Below, one piece after another: positions 55,764-64,000 of a DNA stretch of 64,000 bases (positions are counted from its first letter, which is position 1; every line of letters begins with the position of its first letter). Source of the DNA: Patescibacteria group bacterium UBA2773 (GTDB lineage: Bacteria; Patescibacteriota; Minisyncoccia; Moranbacterales; DUUL01); the NCBI GenBank assembly GCA_002352465.1, contig DEIN01000012.1, positions 17,484 to 81,483 on the forward strand, in the 5' to 3' direction. Below the pieces are notes generated by a model. It saw nothing but the letters and a program-made list of their open reading frames with translations. It was not told the DNA's origin and did not search any database. A program made the position numbers and the translations under genes.

Positions 55764-58733
55764 TTGTTTTTTTATTTGCTTAATAAAATGATTATGTTTA
55801 AAAAAGTTAGTCCTCAACAAAATTATGCCGAGATGGAAAAAGGAATTTTGAATTTTTGGAAAAAGAAAAAAGTTTTTCAAAAATCAATTACTAGTCGGCC
55901 AGCTGATAAAATCTATAGTTTTTATGATGGGCCTCCTTTTATTACTGGAGTGCCTCATTATGGAACGTTGCTTTCGTCAATTGTAAAAGATTGTATTCCT
56001 CGTTTTTGGACAATGAAAGGCTATCGAGTGGATCGAAGGTGGGGTTGGGATTGTCATGGATTGCCAGCCGAGAATATGGTGGAAAAAAAATTAGGAATTA
56101 AAAGTAAAAAAGAAATTGAAGATGTGGTAGGAATTGATAAATTTAATCAGGCTTGTTTTACAGAAACTTCCAAGATTGCTGATGAATGGGAAAATGTAAT
56201 TGACCGAATTGGTCGTTGGGTGGAGTTTAAGGGTGCTTATAAAACCATGGATAATAGTTATATGGAATCTGTTTGGTGGGCTTTTAGTCAACTTTATAAA
56301 AAAGATTTGATTTATGAAGATGTTCGAGTTTCTTTGTATTGTCCTCGTTGTTCTACTCCGTTGAGCAATTTTGAGATTGCGATGGATAATAGTTACCAAG
56401 AAGACAAGGATCCCTCAGTTTATGTTAAATTAAAATTAGAGGGAACGGAAAATAAATATTTACTAGCTTGGACGACTACTCCTTGGACTTTGCTTGGAAA
56501 TGTGGCTTTAGCAGTTAATAAAACTGTCGATTATGTTGAAGTTCAAGTTAAAAAGCAAAATCAAGAAAATATTAAAAGTAAACCAGCAATTTTTTTCGCG
56601 GTGGAGGAAATTTATATTGTCGCTAAAGACCTTTTGAAATCATTAGATGCGGAATATGAAGTTTTAAAAACTTTTAAAGGAAGCGAATTGGTCAGTAAAA
56701 AATATCAACCGTTGTTTAAAAGTGAGATTGAAAATGGTTATCGCATTATTGAGGCGGATTTTGTGGGGACTGAAGATGGAACGGGAATAGTTCACATTGC
56801 TCCAGCTTTTGGGGAAGACGACTTTAATGTTCGTAAAGTAAATGAATTACCAATAATTATCAATGTTGACGAAGAGGGCAAATTTAAGGACGGAGAATGG
56901 AAAGGTGAGCAAGTTTGGGATGCTAATTTAAAGGTGATTGGTTGGCTCAAGGAGCATGATTTACTTTATCGCAAAGAAAACATTATCCATAGTTATCCGC
57001 ATTGTCATCGCTGTGGCACTAAATTGATTTATAAAGCGCAACCAGCTTGGTTTGTGAATATTGATAAAATTCGTCAAGAATTAATTGCAAAAAATCAAAA
57101 TGTTAATTGGTATCCAGAGTATTTAAAAGAAGGTCGGTTTGGAAAGGGATTAGAAAGTGCTCCAGATTGGAATATATCTAGGGATCGTTATTGGGGAACG
57201 GCGATGCCGATTTGGAAATGCGAAGACAAAGAATGCGGAGAAGTTCAAGTGGTTGGATCTTATGAAGAATTGGAGACACTTTCGGGAAAGCAATTGGATA
57301 ATTATCATCGGCCAGAAATTGATAAAGTGAGTTTTTCTTGTTCAAAATGTGGTAAAAAAATGCAAAGAATTCCTCAGGTATTCGATTGTTGGGTGGAATC
57401 AGGCTCAATGTCTTTTGCTCAATTTCATTATCCTTTTGAAAATAAGGAAAAATTTGAAAAAAGTTTTCCAACTAATTTTATTTCAGAATATATCGGTCAA
57501 ACTAGAGCTTGGTTTTATGTGATGCACGTGATGGCGGTTGGAGTTTTCGGTTCAGAGGCTTATCAAAATGTTTTAACTTCGGGGGTAATTGCTGGAGAAG
57601 ACGGACGAAAAATGTCGAAATCTTTGGGTAATTACACTGATCCGGGAATAATCTTGGAAAAATATTCGGCTGATGCTTTGAGATTTTATTTATTATCTTC
57701 ACCTTTATTAAACGCTCAAAACCTAAATTTTTCCGAGGAAGCAGTGGGCGATATTCAAAGACGGTTTTTAGGAACACTTTGGAATAGTTATTCATTTTTT
57801 GTCTTGTATGCCAATGTTGACAAATGGCAGTCCAAAAAAATTAATTTAGAGGAAATTTTGCTTAAAGGTAATGTTTTGGATAAATGGCTATTGTCTGAAT
57901 TGAATCAATTAATCAAAGAGGTCAATCAAGGTTTTGATAATTATTCGATTATCAAACCGGCTAAAAAAATTGAAAAATTTGTGGATAATTTATCTAATTG
58001 GTATATTCGAAGATCTAGAAGACGTTTTTGGAAAAGTGAGGGAGATGACGATAAAAATATGGCCTATCAAACTTTGTGGTTGGTTTTAACTGAATTTTCA
58101 AAAGTGATTGCGCCTTATTGCCCTTTTGTGGCTGATGAAATTTTTAAGAATTTAACTGGTAAGGAATCAGTTCATTTAGAAAGTTTTCCAGAAAGCAATG
58201 AGAAGTTAATAGATCTTAAAATTAGCCAAGAAATGGCGAGAGTTCGAAAGATGATTGAACTGGGATTGTCATTGAGGGCTGAAAATGGAATTAAAGTTCG
58301 ACAGCCATTAAGCGAATTGATTATTGAAGGTGAAAAATTAAGAGCTGAATTAGAAAAACTTTTAGTAGAAGAAGTCAATGTTAAAAATCTTTCTTATGAT
58401 AATCTTTCCGAAACTGAGTTGGTTTGGAAGGAAGTCGAGGGAATTAAAATCGGCTTAAACTTGGTTCTTAACAAAGAGCTTGAAGCAGAGGGTGATATGC
58501 GAGATTTAATTCGACAACTGCAACAAGCCCGAAAAGAAGCTGATTTTAAGATTGATGATCGGATTAGTTTAAGTTATCAAAAACATTCGTTGTTTAATCA
58601 GTTTTCTTTAATTATTAAAAATGAGGTTTTAATTGAAAAATTTCAAGAAGTTTCTGAAAAACCAGATGGATTTGATTACGAAAAAGAAGTTAAAATTAAT
58701 GGAGAAAAAATTAAAGTTTGGCTCAAAAATTAG
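55764..58733 (+). CDS. ileS: Isoleucyl-tRNA synthetase (type-2, eukaryote-like form)
   Basis: Class I motifs PPFITGVPHYGT (HxGH region, type-2-like 'HYG') and KMSKSLGN; editing domain and C-terminal Cys cluster; 989 aa; the ORF begins with TTG and the true start is probably the ATG at about 55794 (MFKKVSP...). Confidence 0.85.
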   Translation: MFFYLLNKMIMFKKVSPQQNYAEMEKGILNFWKKKKVFQKSITSRPADKIYSFYDGPPFITGVPHYGTLLSSIVKDCIPRFWTMKGYRVDRRWGWDCHGLPAENMVEKKLGIKSKKEIEDVVGIDKFNQACFTETSKIADEWENVIDRIGRWVEFKGAYKTMDNSYMESVWWAFSQLYKKDLIYEDVRVSLYCPRCSTPLSNFEIAMDNSYQEDKDPSVYVKLKLEGTENKYLLAWTTTPWTLLGNVALAVNKTVDYVEVQVKKQNQENIKSKPAIFFAVEEIYIVAKDLLKSLDAEYEVLKTFKGSELVSKKYQPLFKSEIENGYRIIEADFVGTEDGTGIVHIAPAFGEDDFNVRKVNELPIIINVDEEGKFKDGEWKGEQVWDANLKVIGWLKEHDLLYRKENIIHSYPHCHRCGTKLIYKAQPAWFVNIDKIRQELIAKNQNVNWYPEYLKEGRFGKGLESAPDWNISRDRYWGTAMPIWKCEDKECGEVQVVGSYEELETLSGKQLDNYHRPEIDKVSFSCSKCGKKMQRIPQVFDCWVESGSMSFAQFHYPFENKEKFEKSFPTNFISEYIGQTRAWFYVMHVMAVGVFGSEAYQNVLTSGVIAGEDGRKMSKSLGNYTDPGIILEKYSADALRFYLLSSPLLNAQNLNFSEEAVGDIQRRFLGTLWNSYSFFVLYANVDKWQSKKINLEEILLKGNVLDKWLLSELNQLIKEVNQGFDNYSIIKPAKKIEKFVDNLSNWYIRRSRRRFWKSEGDDDKNMAYQTLWLVLTEFSKVIAPYCPFVADEIFKNLTGKESVHLESFPESNEKLIDLKISQEMARVRKMIELGLSLRAENGIKVRQPLSELIIEGEKLRAELEKLLVEEVNVKNLSYDNLSETELVWKEVEGIKIGLNLVLNKELEAEGDMRDLIRQLQQARKEADFKIDDRISLSYQKHSLFNQFSLIIKNEVLIEKFQEVSEKPDGFDYEKEVKINGEKIKVWLKN

Positions 58734-58762
58734 ATAAAAAATTAATTAATTTTTAAAAAAAT

Positions 58763-58791
58763 AAAGTGTCGCAGAGGCGCTTTGTTTTTTT
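58763..58791 (+). terminator. Intrinsic terminator of ileS
   Basis: AAAGUGUC-gcaga-GGCGCUUU (8-bp stem, two G-U pairs) followed by GTTTTTTT. Confidence 0.5.
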
Positions 58792-58867
58792 GCAGAATAA
58801 GCTTTTTACGAATTAGATTATTTAGAAAGAGCTTTATTTGAGTAGGTTTTTTAATAATAAAAAAATA

Positions 58868-58893
58868 CCCCGTCTGGGGGTTTTGATTTTTTT
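58868..58893 (+). terminator. Second terminator-like hairpin, CCCC-gtct-GGGG followed by a T-run
   Basis: Seen directly; short GC stem followed by TTTTGATTTTTTT. Confidence 0.4.
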
Positions 58894-59080
58894 CCGGTGT
58901 TGGTTATTGGATTGATAACCGGGGCGCTGGAAGCCCTTGTTTTATTAGTGGCTCAGCGCCACCGGAGTACCGACTTCAACTCATTTTATTATAATTAAAG
59001 CCGATGATTTATGCTTCGTTGAGCATATTTTTTTCTTCTACCGTCTTATGGATTTATTTTTTAAATCCTTTTTTGTTGTT
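58894..59080 (+). ncRNA. Candidate small structured RNA: GC-rich three-helix element (58894-58965) followed by its own terminator hairpin GGATTTA-ttttt-TAAATCC and T-run (59050-59080)
   Basis: Local GC-rich island in an AT-rich genome; nested inverted repeats CCGGTG/CACCGG, GGTTAT/ATAACC, GGCGCTG/CAGCGCC; bounded by terminators on both sides; no ORF. Confidence 0.35.
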
Positions 59081-59118
59081 GTTTTTGTGATTCTTTCTTC
59101 TTTTGTTTTTGTTTTGGT

Positions 59119-59244
59119 TTGGGATTGCTTTCAAATATTCTTTTTATAACAGTGAAAAAATATTTAAAAGCAATCCCAGGTTAGACAGCTAGAAGGTTTC
59201 AATCGTGAATAGGGGGACATCACGATTGAAACTTTCTAGCTGTC
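59119..59244. repeat. Two adjacent long hairpins: imperfect, about 27 bp (59119-59179), and near-perfect 25 bp (59184-59244, loop ATAGGGGGACA)
   Basis: GGGATTGCTTT...AAAGCAATCCC with inner AAATATT/AATATTT; GACAGCTAGAAGGTTTCAATCGTGA pairs with TCACGATTGAAACTTTCTAGCTGTC (one G-U). Confidence 0.6.
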
Positions 59245-59374
59245 AATTAAGACAGTAAAAATTTTGTTTTAAAAAGAACTAAACTTTTGTAATTTCTTGA
59301 TTACAATACTATTATAGCATTTTTTTAGCTGTTGGTCAATCAGAGAGTCTATCGGCTAAGCAGAGGTAAAAAAC

Positions 59375-60511
59375 TTAATTTATAGGAGTATTTTCGACAT
59401 TTTTTTCGGAATTATCAGACAAGTTAGCGTTGATTCTTAAGTCTTTCGTAATTTTTAAAGCAGTTTCTTTGGATGTTGTTAGTATTAAATAGTTGTTATC
59501 TGTAATTCCCCAATCAATAGCTTTGCTAAAATCTGCTTCTACAAAATTGTAATATCTAATGTTTTTCAAGTCTTTGCTTTTTGCGAAGATAATTAGTTCA
59601 TCTTTTAAAATAAAAGATTCATCTATAAATAAAGGTTTTAAAAGTTCAGGTAAACGAGATTCGTTTTTGTTAAAAAAAGTTTTAATGAGTTCTTGATTTT
59701 CTGTGGTTTTTAAAACTAAACTCATCTTCAGGGTATCTTCTAAAGGATAAATAAAAACCCAAGCCTGGTTAAGTTCATTAGAAATTTCTTTAGGTAATTG
59801 AATTTCTAATAAATTTAATAATTCGGAAGAATTTAAAATAGTATCGGCTTGTTTAATCTGATAGTAAGTTCCTAAACTGTTTGAGATTAATGCTTTTTTT
59901 CCTAGTAATAAAGTTACTAAACTAGTTTCTTTCGGGTTAAAAGAAAGAGTTTCGCTGTTTTTCAATTTTTCTGGAATTTTTTCCATAGAAGTAGTTGGTT
60001 CTGGCGTAATTAGTGATGGTCCTTCTACAGTGGGTTTTTTTATGAAATAAAGATAGTAAATACTAGCTCCGATTGCAATTAAGGAAACCAATAGCAGTAC
60101 TAATAAGAGCTTACTATCAATTGAAGTTGTTTTTTTAGGGGATTTTTTTGGATTTGAAATATCGGGAACTATTGGTGTGATTGATTTATTTTTGAAAGAT
60201 GAGACATTCAGTGGTTTATTTTCTTTTTCTTTTGGAGTACCAGTAAAAACGTTAGTTGGGGTTGGTTTCCCGATATTTTCTAGAAAAGGATTGGAAGATT
60301 CTTTTCCTCGAATCACTTTTTTGGGTTCTTTTGTTTTTTTTATTATTTTTGTTTCATCGATTTTTGGTTTAGGAGTTGTTTTTTGAGAAAAATCAAAAGA
60401 AGAATTTTTTGGTTTTTCATTTTTAAGATCAGTCTCCATCGTTTGCATAACGTAATCGATTTTTTTAGGAGAATTTTCAGAAAGGGTTGTCTTTTTGTTT
60501 TCAGTTGGCAT
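59375..60511 (-). CDS. Single-pass membrane protein with Lys/Thr/Pro-rich N-terminal region (hypothetical)
   Basis: 378 aa; central TM helix LLLVLLLVSLIAIGASIYYLYF. Confidence 0.4.
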   Translation of the reverse strand: MPTENKKTTLSENSPKKIDYVMQTMETDLKNEKPKNSSFDFSQKTTPKPKIDETKIIKKTKEPKKVIRGKESSNPFLENIGKPTPTNVFTGTPKEKENKPLNVSSFKNKSITPIVPDISNPKKSPKKTTSIDSKLLLVLLLVSLIAIGASIYYLYFIKKPTVEGPSLITPEPTTSMEKIPEKLKNSETLSFNPKETSLVTLLLGKKALISNSLGTYYQIKQADTILNSSELLNLLEIQLPKEISNELNQAWVFIYPLEDTLKMSLVLKTTENQELIKTFFNKNESRLPELLKPLFIDESFILKDELIIFAKSKDLKNIRYYNFVEADFSKAIDWGITDNNYLILTTSKETALKITKDLRINANLSDNSEKNVENTPIN

Positions 60512-60772
60512 TTTTATGAGGAATTTTCAAGTCTTTTAAAGAATAAAATGAGAAGTCAAAAGACTGCAAAATAGTTCCTGATTATTTTTTATATTTAGGA
60601 ATTGCTTCTAATTGTTCTTTCTACTGCTTGTCTCGCTAAGGTTTGTTGATGCAGGTAAAATTATAACTAGGAACAATTTCCCTTTAAAATTGCATTAAAA
60701 TTATTAATAACAATTTTATTTAAAATAATTATAACATAAATTTGTCAGAAAAAAAGTTTATTTTTTTTGAGT

Positions 60773-62836
60773 CTATTCTCTAATTAAACTTACTCGGCCT
60801 TGTTTGTCGATTTCTTTAACTTTAACTTTAATTACATCGTCTATTTTTAGATATTTGTTGATGTCTGTTACCCGTTCTTTAGCGATTTGAGAAATATGAA
60901 GAAGACCGTCTTGTCCTGGCAATAGTGAAATAAAAGCTCCAAAATCTAAAATTTTAATTACTTTTCCTTCGAAAACCTCACCAGCTTGAATTTCTCGAGT
61001 TAAATCCTCAATCCATTTCCGAGCTTCTTCTCCAGAATTTTGATCAACAGCGGTAATGAAAATATTCCCATCGTCTTCAATGTCAATTTCTGCTCCAGTT
61101 TCTTCAATAATTTTATTGATAATTTTTCCGCCAGCTCCAATCACGTCTCGGATTTTATCTGGATTAATTTTAATAGTAATAATAGCTGGAGCAAAAGAAG
61201 AAAGTTTTTTATTAGGCTTGGCAATAACTTTTTCCATCTCAGCTAAAATGTCTAAACGGTTCTTTTTTGATTGAACCAAAACTTCTTTGGTAATAGCCAA
61301 GTTTATTCCATTAATTTTAACATCTAATTGAATCGCATTAATTCCATCTTTAGTTCCAGCAATTTTGAAATCCATATCGCCCCAATGATCTTCGGGTCCT
61401 TGGATATCGGAAAGAATTTTATAAATAGAGTCATCTTTTGTTACGATTCCGATTGCTAATCCAGCTACTGGTTTTTTAAGAGGAACACCCGCATTCATCA
61501 AGGCTAAGGTTGAACCACAAGTAGAAGCCATCGAAGAAGATCCATTGGAAGATAAGACTTCACTGACTACTCGAATAGTGTAGGGAAAAGTTTCTCTAGA
61601 AGGAAGCATTGGAAGGATAGCTTTTTCAGCTAAAGCACCATGACCAATTTCTCTTCGACCTGGTCCTCGTAAAAATCGAACTTCACCGACACTGTAAGGA
61701 GGAAAGTTGTAATGATGCATATAATATTTTTTGCTCTCTCTTTCCATTGTGTCAATGAGTTGTGCGGCTCCAGGAGCAGCCAAAGTAGCAATACTCAAAG
61801 CTTGAGTTTCTCCTCGATTGAATAATCCAGAACCGTGAGTTCGAGGAAGCAATCCAACTTGGCAACTAATTTTTCGAACTTCATCTAAAGCTCTGCCATC
61901 TGGTCGTTGGTTATCTTCTAGGACTTTATCGTGAAAAACATCGTTTAAATATTCGTCTAAAATAAAATTAATTTCGGCTTTTTTTGTTTTTAATTCTTCA
62001 ACGTTTTCAAATTTTTCTTGAGCGTGCTGATTCAAAATTTCTTTAATTTCTGACATTTTTTTCTTGCCAGCTTCTTTATTAGAAGTATACAAAGCTTTAA
62101 AGGCTTCATTTTTATTTAATAAAGCCACTATTTCTTGGGTAAATTCAGGCGTAGCGGTAGTAATAGCGACTGCTTGTTTTTCTTTGCCGACTTTTTCTAT
62201 GATTTCTTTTTCAAAACGAGCTATTTCTTGAATTTGTTTTTGAGCCATTTCAAAAATAGTTTGAGCATCGTTTTCGGAACATTCGTTAGCATCAGCTTCA
62301 ATCATATTGATTTTATCTTCGGTTCCAGCTACTAAAAAATTAACTGAATTTTCGGGATTATTAGGATTTTCAGTTATTTTTACCGCGGCTACTGGACCAT
62401 CCCAGGGAATATCAGAAATTCCCAAAGCCAAAGAAGCAGCGATTACGGCTAGATTAGCTGGATTATGGGTTTCGTCGTAGGAAAGAACAGTCGTTATTAC
62501 TTGAACTTCATTTCGCATCGTTTGATTAAAAAGTGGTCGAATAGTTCGATCGATTAAACGAGAAGTTAAAATTGCGTCGTCGGATGGTCGAGCTTCTCTT
62601 TTGATAAAGCGAGAACCATTAATTTTTCCACTGGCATAAAATTTTTCTTCATATTCCACCATTAAAGGGAAATAATCAATTCCCACTGCTTTATTACTGC
62701 TCAGGGTAGCATTAGCCATTATTACTGTGTCACCACATTGAACTGTTACGCTTCCACTTGCTTGTTGAGCAAAAGTTCCAGTTTCAACGATTAAATCTTG
62801 ACCGTTGATTTTTTTTACAAATCTTTGTTCTTGCAT
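60773..62836 (-). CDS. pnp: Polynucleotide phosphorylase
   Basis: Two RNase PH domains, KH (IGAGGKIINKI) and C-terminal S1 domain; 687 aa. Confidence 0.95.
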   Translation of the reverse strand: MQEQRFVKKINGQDLIVETGTFAQQASGSVTVQCGDTVIMANATLSSNKAVGIDYFPLMVEYEEKFYASGKINGSRFIKREARPSDDAILTSRLIDRTIRPLFNQTMRNEVQVITTVLSYDETHNPANLAVIAASLALGISDIPWDGPVAAVKITENPNNPENSVNFLVAGTEDKINMIEADANECSENDAQTIFEMAQKQIQEIARFEKEIIEKVGKEKQAVAITTATPEFTQEIVALLNKNEAFKALYTSNKEAGKKKMSEIKEILNQHAQEKFENVEELKTKKAEINFILDEYLNDVFHDKVLEDNQRPDGRALDEVRKISCQVGLLPRTHGSGLFNRGETQALSIATLAAPGAAQLIDTMERESKKYYMHHYNFPPYSVGEVRFLRGPGRREIGHGALAEKAILPMLPSRETFPYTIRVVSEVLSSNGSSSMASTCGSTLALMNAGVPLKKPVAGLAIGIVTKDDSIYKILSDIQGPEDHWGDMDFKIAGTKDGINAIQLDVKINGINLAITKEVLVQSKKNRLDILAEMEKVIAKPNKKLSSFAPAIITIKINPDKIRDVIGAGGKIINKIIEETGAEIDIEDDGNIFITAVDQNSGEEARKWIEDLTREIQAGEVFEGKVIKILDFGAFISLLPGQDGLLHISQIAKERVTDINKYLKIDDVIKVKVKEIDKQGRVSLIRE

Positions 62837-62867
62837 AAATTTGGTTTTGGTTTGCAGACCATAAGCT

Positions 62868-62923
62868 TAGAATTCTTTTTCTATTGAAGAATTCTACAGA
62901 GATTGTTTTTAAGCAATCTTCAA
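62868..62923 (-). promoter_or_regulatory. pnp 5'-leader hairpins (TAGAATTCTT-9 nt-AAGAATTCTA and AGATTG-8 nt-CAATCT)
   Basis: Perfect 10-bp and 6-bp inverted repeats 30-90 nt upstream of the pnp start codon. Confidence 0.35.
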
Positions 62924-63390
62924 CTTAGCCGTCTACAAAACAAAAATTATATTATTAAAACAGCTTAACCCTATCATTTTAAACTTTTAAAGTCAATTCA
63001 AGAATAATCAGAAATAGGTTTTTTCTGGCAAATTTAATTTTTTAAAAAATATTAAGATTTATTTTAAAAAGTTTATTTAATGAGTTTAAAAAGCCTTATT
63101 TGAAAGTAAAACTCTTTACAGCGATAAATAATTATGTTATTTTATTTTAAGTTATTGTAAATTAATTACGAAATTGTTTCTAAATTATAATTTTGTCTGC
63201 CTTGGCAAGCTTTAGTGAGGCGGGCAGTAAAAAAATAATTAAAAATAATTTCCTTACAAGACGTTTTTATAAATCACTCATATTTAAATTTCAGCTTTCC
63301 TGTTTATTGAAAGTTTTTAGCTTTTTAAATAAATTTAGCTGGGTCAGGATTTAAATAGAGGAATTAAGGTAAACATTAATAATTTTAAAA

Positions 63391-64000
63391 ATGACAAAAA
63401 AGGAAATAAAGGAAGATATTAAAGAAGAAGTTGAGAAAGAAGCAGTGAAAAGTGACAAAGTGACAAAGAAAGAAGTTGTGCAGACTTTATCAATAACGTC
63501 GTTATTGGAAAACGGAGTGCATTTTGGTCATAAAAAAGCTACTAGAAATCCCAAAATGGATCCTTATATATTTGGGGTTCGAAAAGGGGTTAATATTATT
63601 AATTTAGAAAAAACTATTCAAAAATTTCAAGAAGCGTTGGATTTTGTGGAGCAACTAGTGGAAAAAAATGGTAAAATAATTTTAGTTGGAACCAAAAAAC
63701 AGGCCAAAACTTTAATTGGCGAGGCGGCTGAAAAAACTGGAATGGCTTATGTTAATGAACGTTGGATTGGTGGGACTTTTACTAATTTTAAGGTTATTTT
63801 AAAAAGATTAAAGTATCTAAAAGAGCAGAAAGAAGCTATTAAGGAAGATAAATTAGCTTATTTAACAAAATTAGAAAAAGGTCGTTTGAATAAAGAAATC
63901 AAAAATATGGAGACTCGAATGGGTGGATTAGCGGAGATGACTCGGTTGCCAGAAGCAATTTTTGTTTTAGATATAGATAAGGACTTAACGGCGGTAAAAG
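63391..64000 (+). CDS. rpsB: 30S ribosomal protein S2 (5' partial; runs off the window end)
   Basis: Not in the ORF track because there is no stop codon in the window; translation gives LENGVHFGHKKATRNPKMDPYIFGVRKGVNIINLEKT... a canonical S2 signature. Confidence 0.8.
   Translation, partial: MTKKEIKEDIKEEVEKEAVKSDKVTKKEVVQTLSITSLLENGVHFGHKKATRNPKMDPYIFGVRKGVNIINLEKTIQKFQEALDFVEQLVEKNGKIILVGTKKQAKTLIGEAAEKTGMAYVNERWIGGTFTNFKVILKRLKYLKEQKEAIKEDKLAYLTKLEKGRLNKEIKNMETRMGGLAEMTRLPEAIFVLDIDKDLTAVK

Noticed and set aside
55764-58733. Alternative calls ValRS/LeuRS for the 989-aa class I synthetase
   Set aside because: The HYG-type variant of the HIGH region, KMSKS context, Cys-cluster C-terminus and overall length fit type-2 IleRS best. 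A database search would be needed to fully exclude ValRS.
58894-58965. GC-rich three-helix element considered as SRP (4.5S) RNA, tRNA-like or 6S RNA
   Set aside because: It has no GNRA-capped helix with the conserved AGCAG/GGAA symmetric-loop signature of SRP RNA. Its cloverleaf proportions are also wrong for a tRNA (7-bp stem with 25-nt loop), and it is too short for 6S or RNase P. It is left as an unclassified candidate.
1-64000. Window as plasmid or integrative conjugative element because of T4SS-like genes and a centromere-like parS array
   Set aside because: dnaA-dnaN, ileS, pnp, rpsB, typA, nusB, rpmF, rny and tRNAs make this chromosomal. No integrase, relaxase or att-like direct repeats were seen flanking the T4SS-like block.

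Overview
This 64-kb AT-rich, gene-dense window looks like the chromosomal replication-origin region of a small-genome anaerobic bacterium. The gene content (RNase Y, HU, ABC-F, protein-glycosylation-type GT-C and Wzy_C membrane proteins, a Gram-positive-type T4SS-like gene set, many small or low-complexity hypothetical proteins) is most consistent with a CPR/Patescibacteria-like or other ultra-small monoderm lineage; this is inference and was not computed. All my coordinates carry about +-2 nt uncertainty, and nothing below was checked against a database.

The core is a minus-strand dnaA-dnaN-DUF721(DciA-like)-UbiA-fusion operon. Upstream of dnaA lies a roughly 1.3-kb intergenic oriC region with canonical DnaA boxes, followed by tRNA-Ala(GGC), tRNA-Arg(CCT), the cca gene and tRNA-Met(CAT). 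The oriC region holds a dense array of nine consensus parS palindromes (TGTTTCACGTGAAACA).

Housekeeping genes:
- Translation and RNA processing: rluD-like, ABC-F, DEAD-box helicase, typA, nusB, rpmF, ileS (type-2-like), pnp, partial rpsB.
- Nucleoid and replication: hup (HU), rny, rarA.
- Oxidative stress and envelope: rubrerythrin + desulfoferrodoxin, lspA, DksA/TraR-like.

Two accessory islands on the minus strand stand out:
- 11.1-18.8 kb: an operon of four hyper-acidic, lysine-rich or coiled-coil proteins ending in a membrane-anchored VirD4/TraD-like ATPase.
- 25.5-38.7 kb: an 11-gene block with a VirB4-like ATPase, a VirB6-like polytopic protein, a small VirB3/PrgI-like membrane protein and several large secreted or anchored, acidic, Ca-binding-like or Ser/Thr-rich surface proteins. 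It resembles a monoderm MPF-type type IV secretion or surface-appendage system.

A protein-glycosylation-like set (GT2 plus two O-antigen-ligase/Wzy_C proteins, and a PMT/ArnT-like GT-C elsewhere) sits next to this block. The unusually long ileS-downstream intergenic region carries stacked terminators, a GC-rich structured element and two long tandem hairpins, suggesting an unannotated small RNA.
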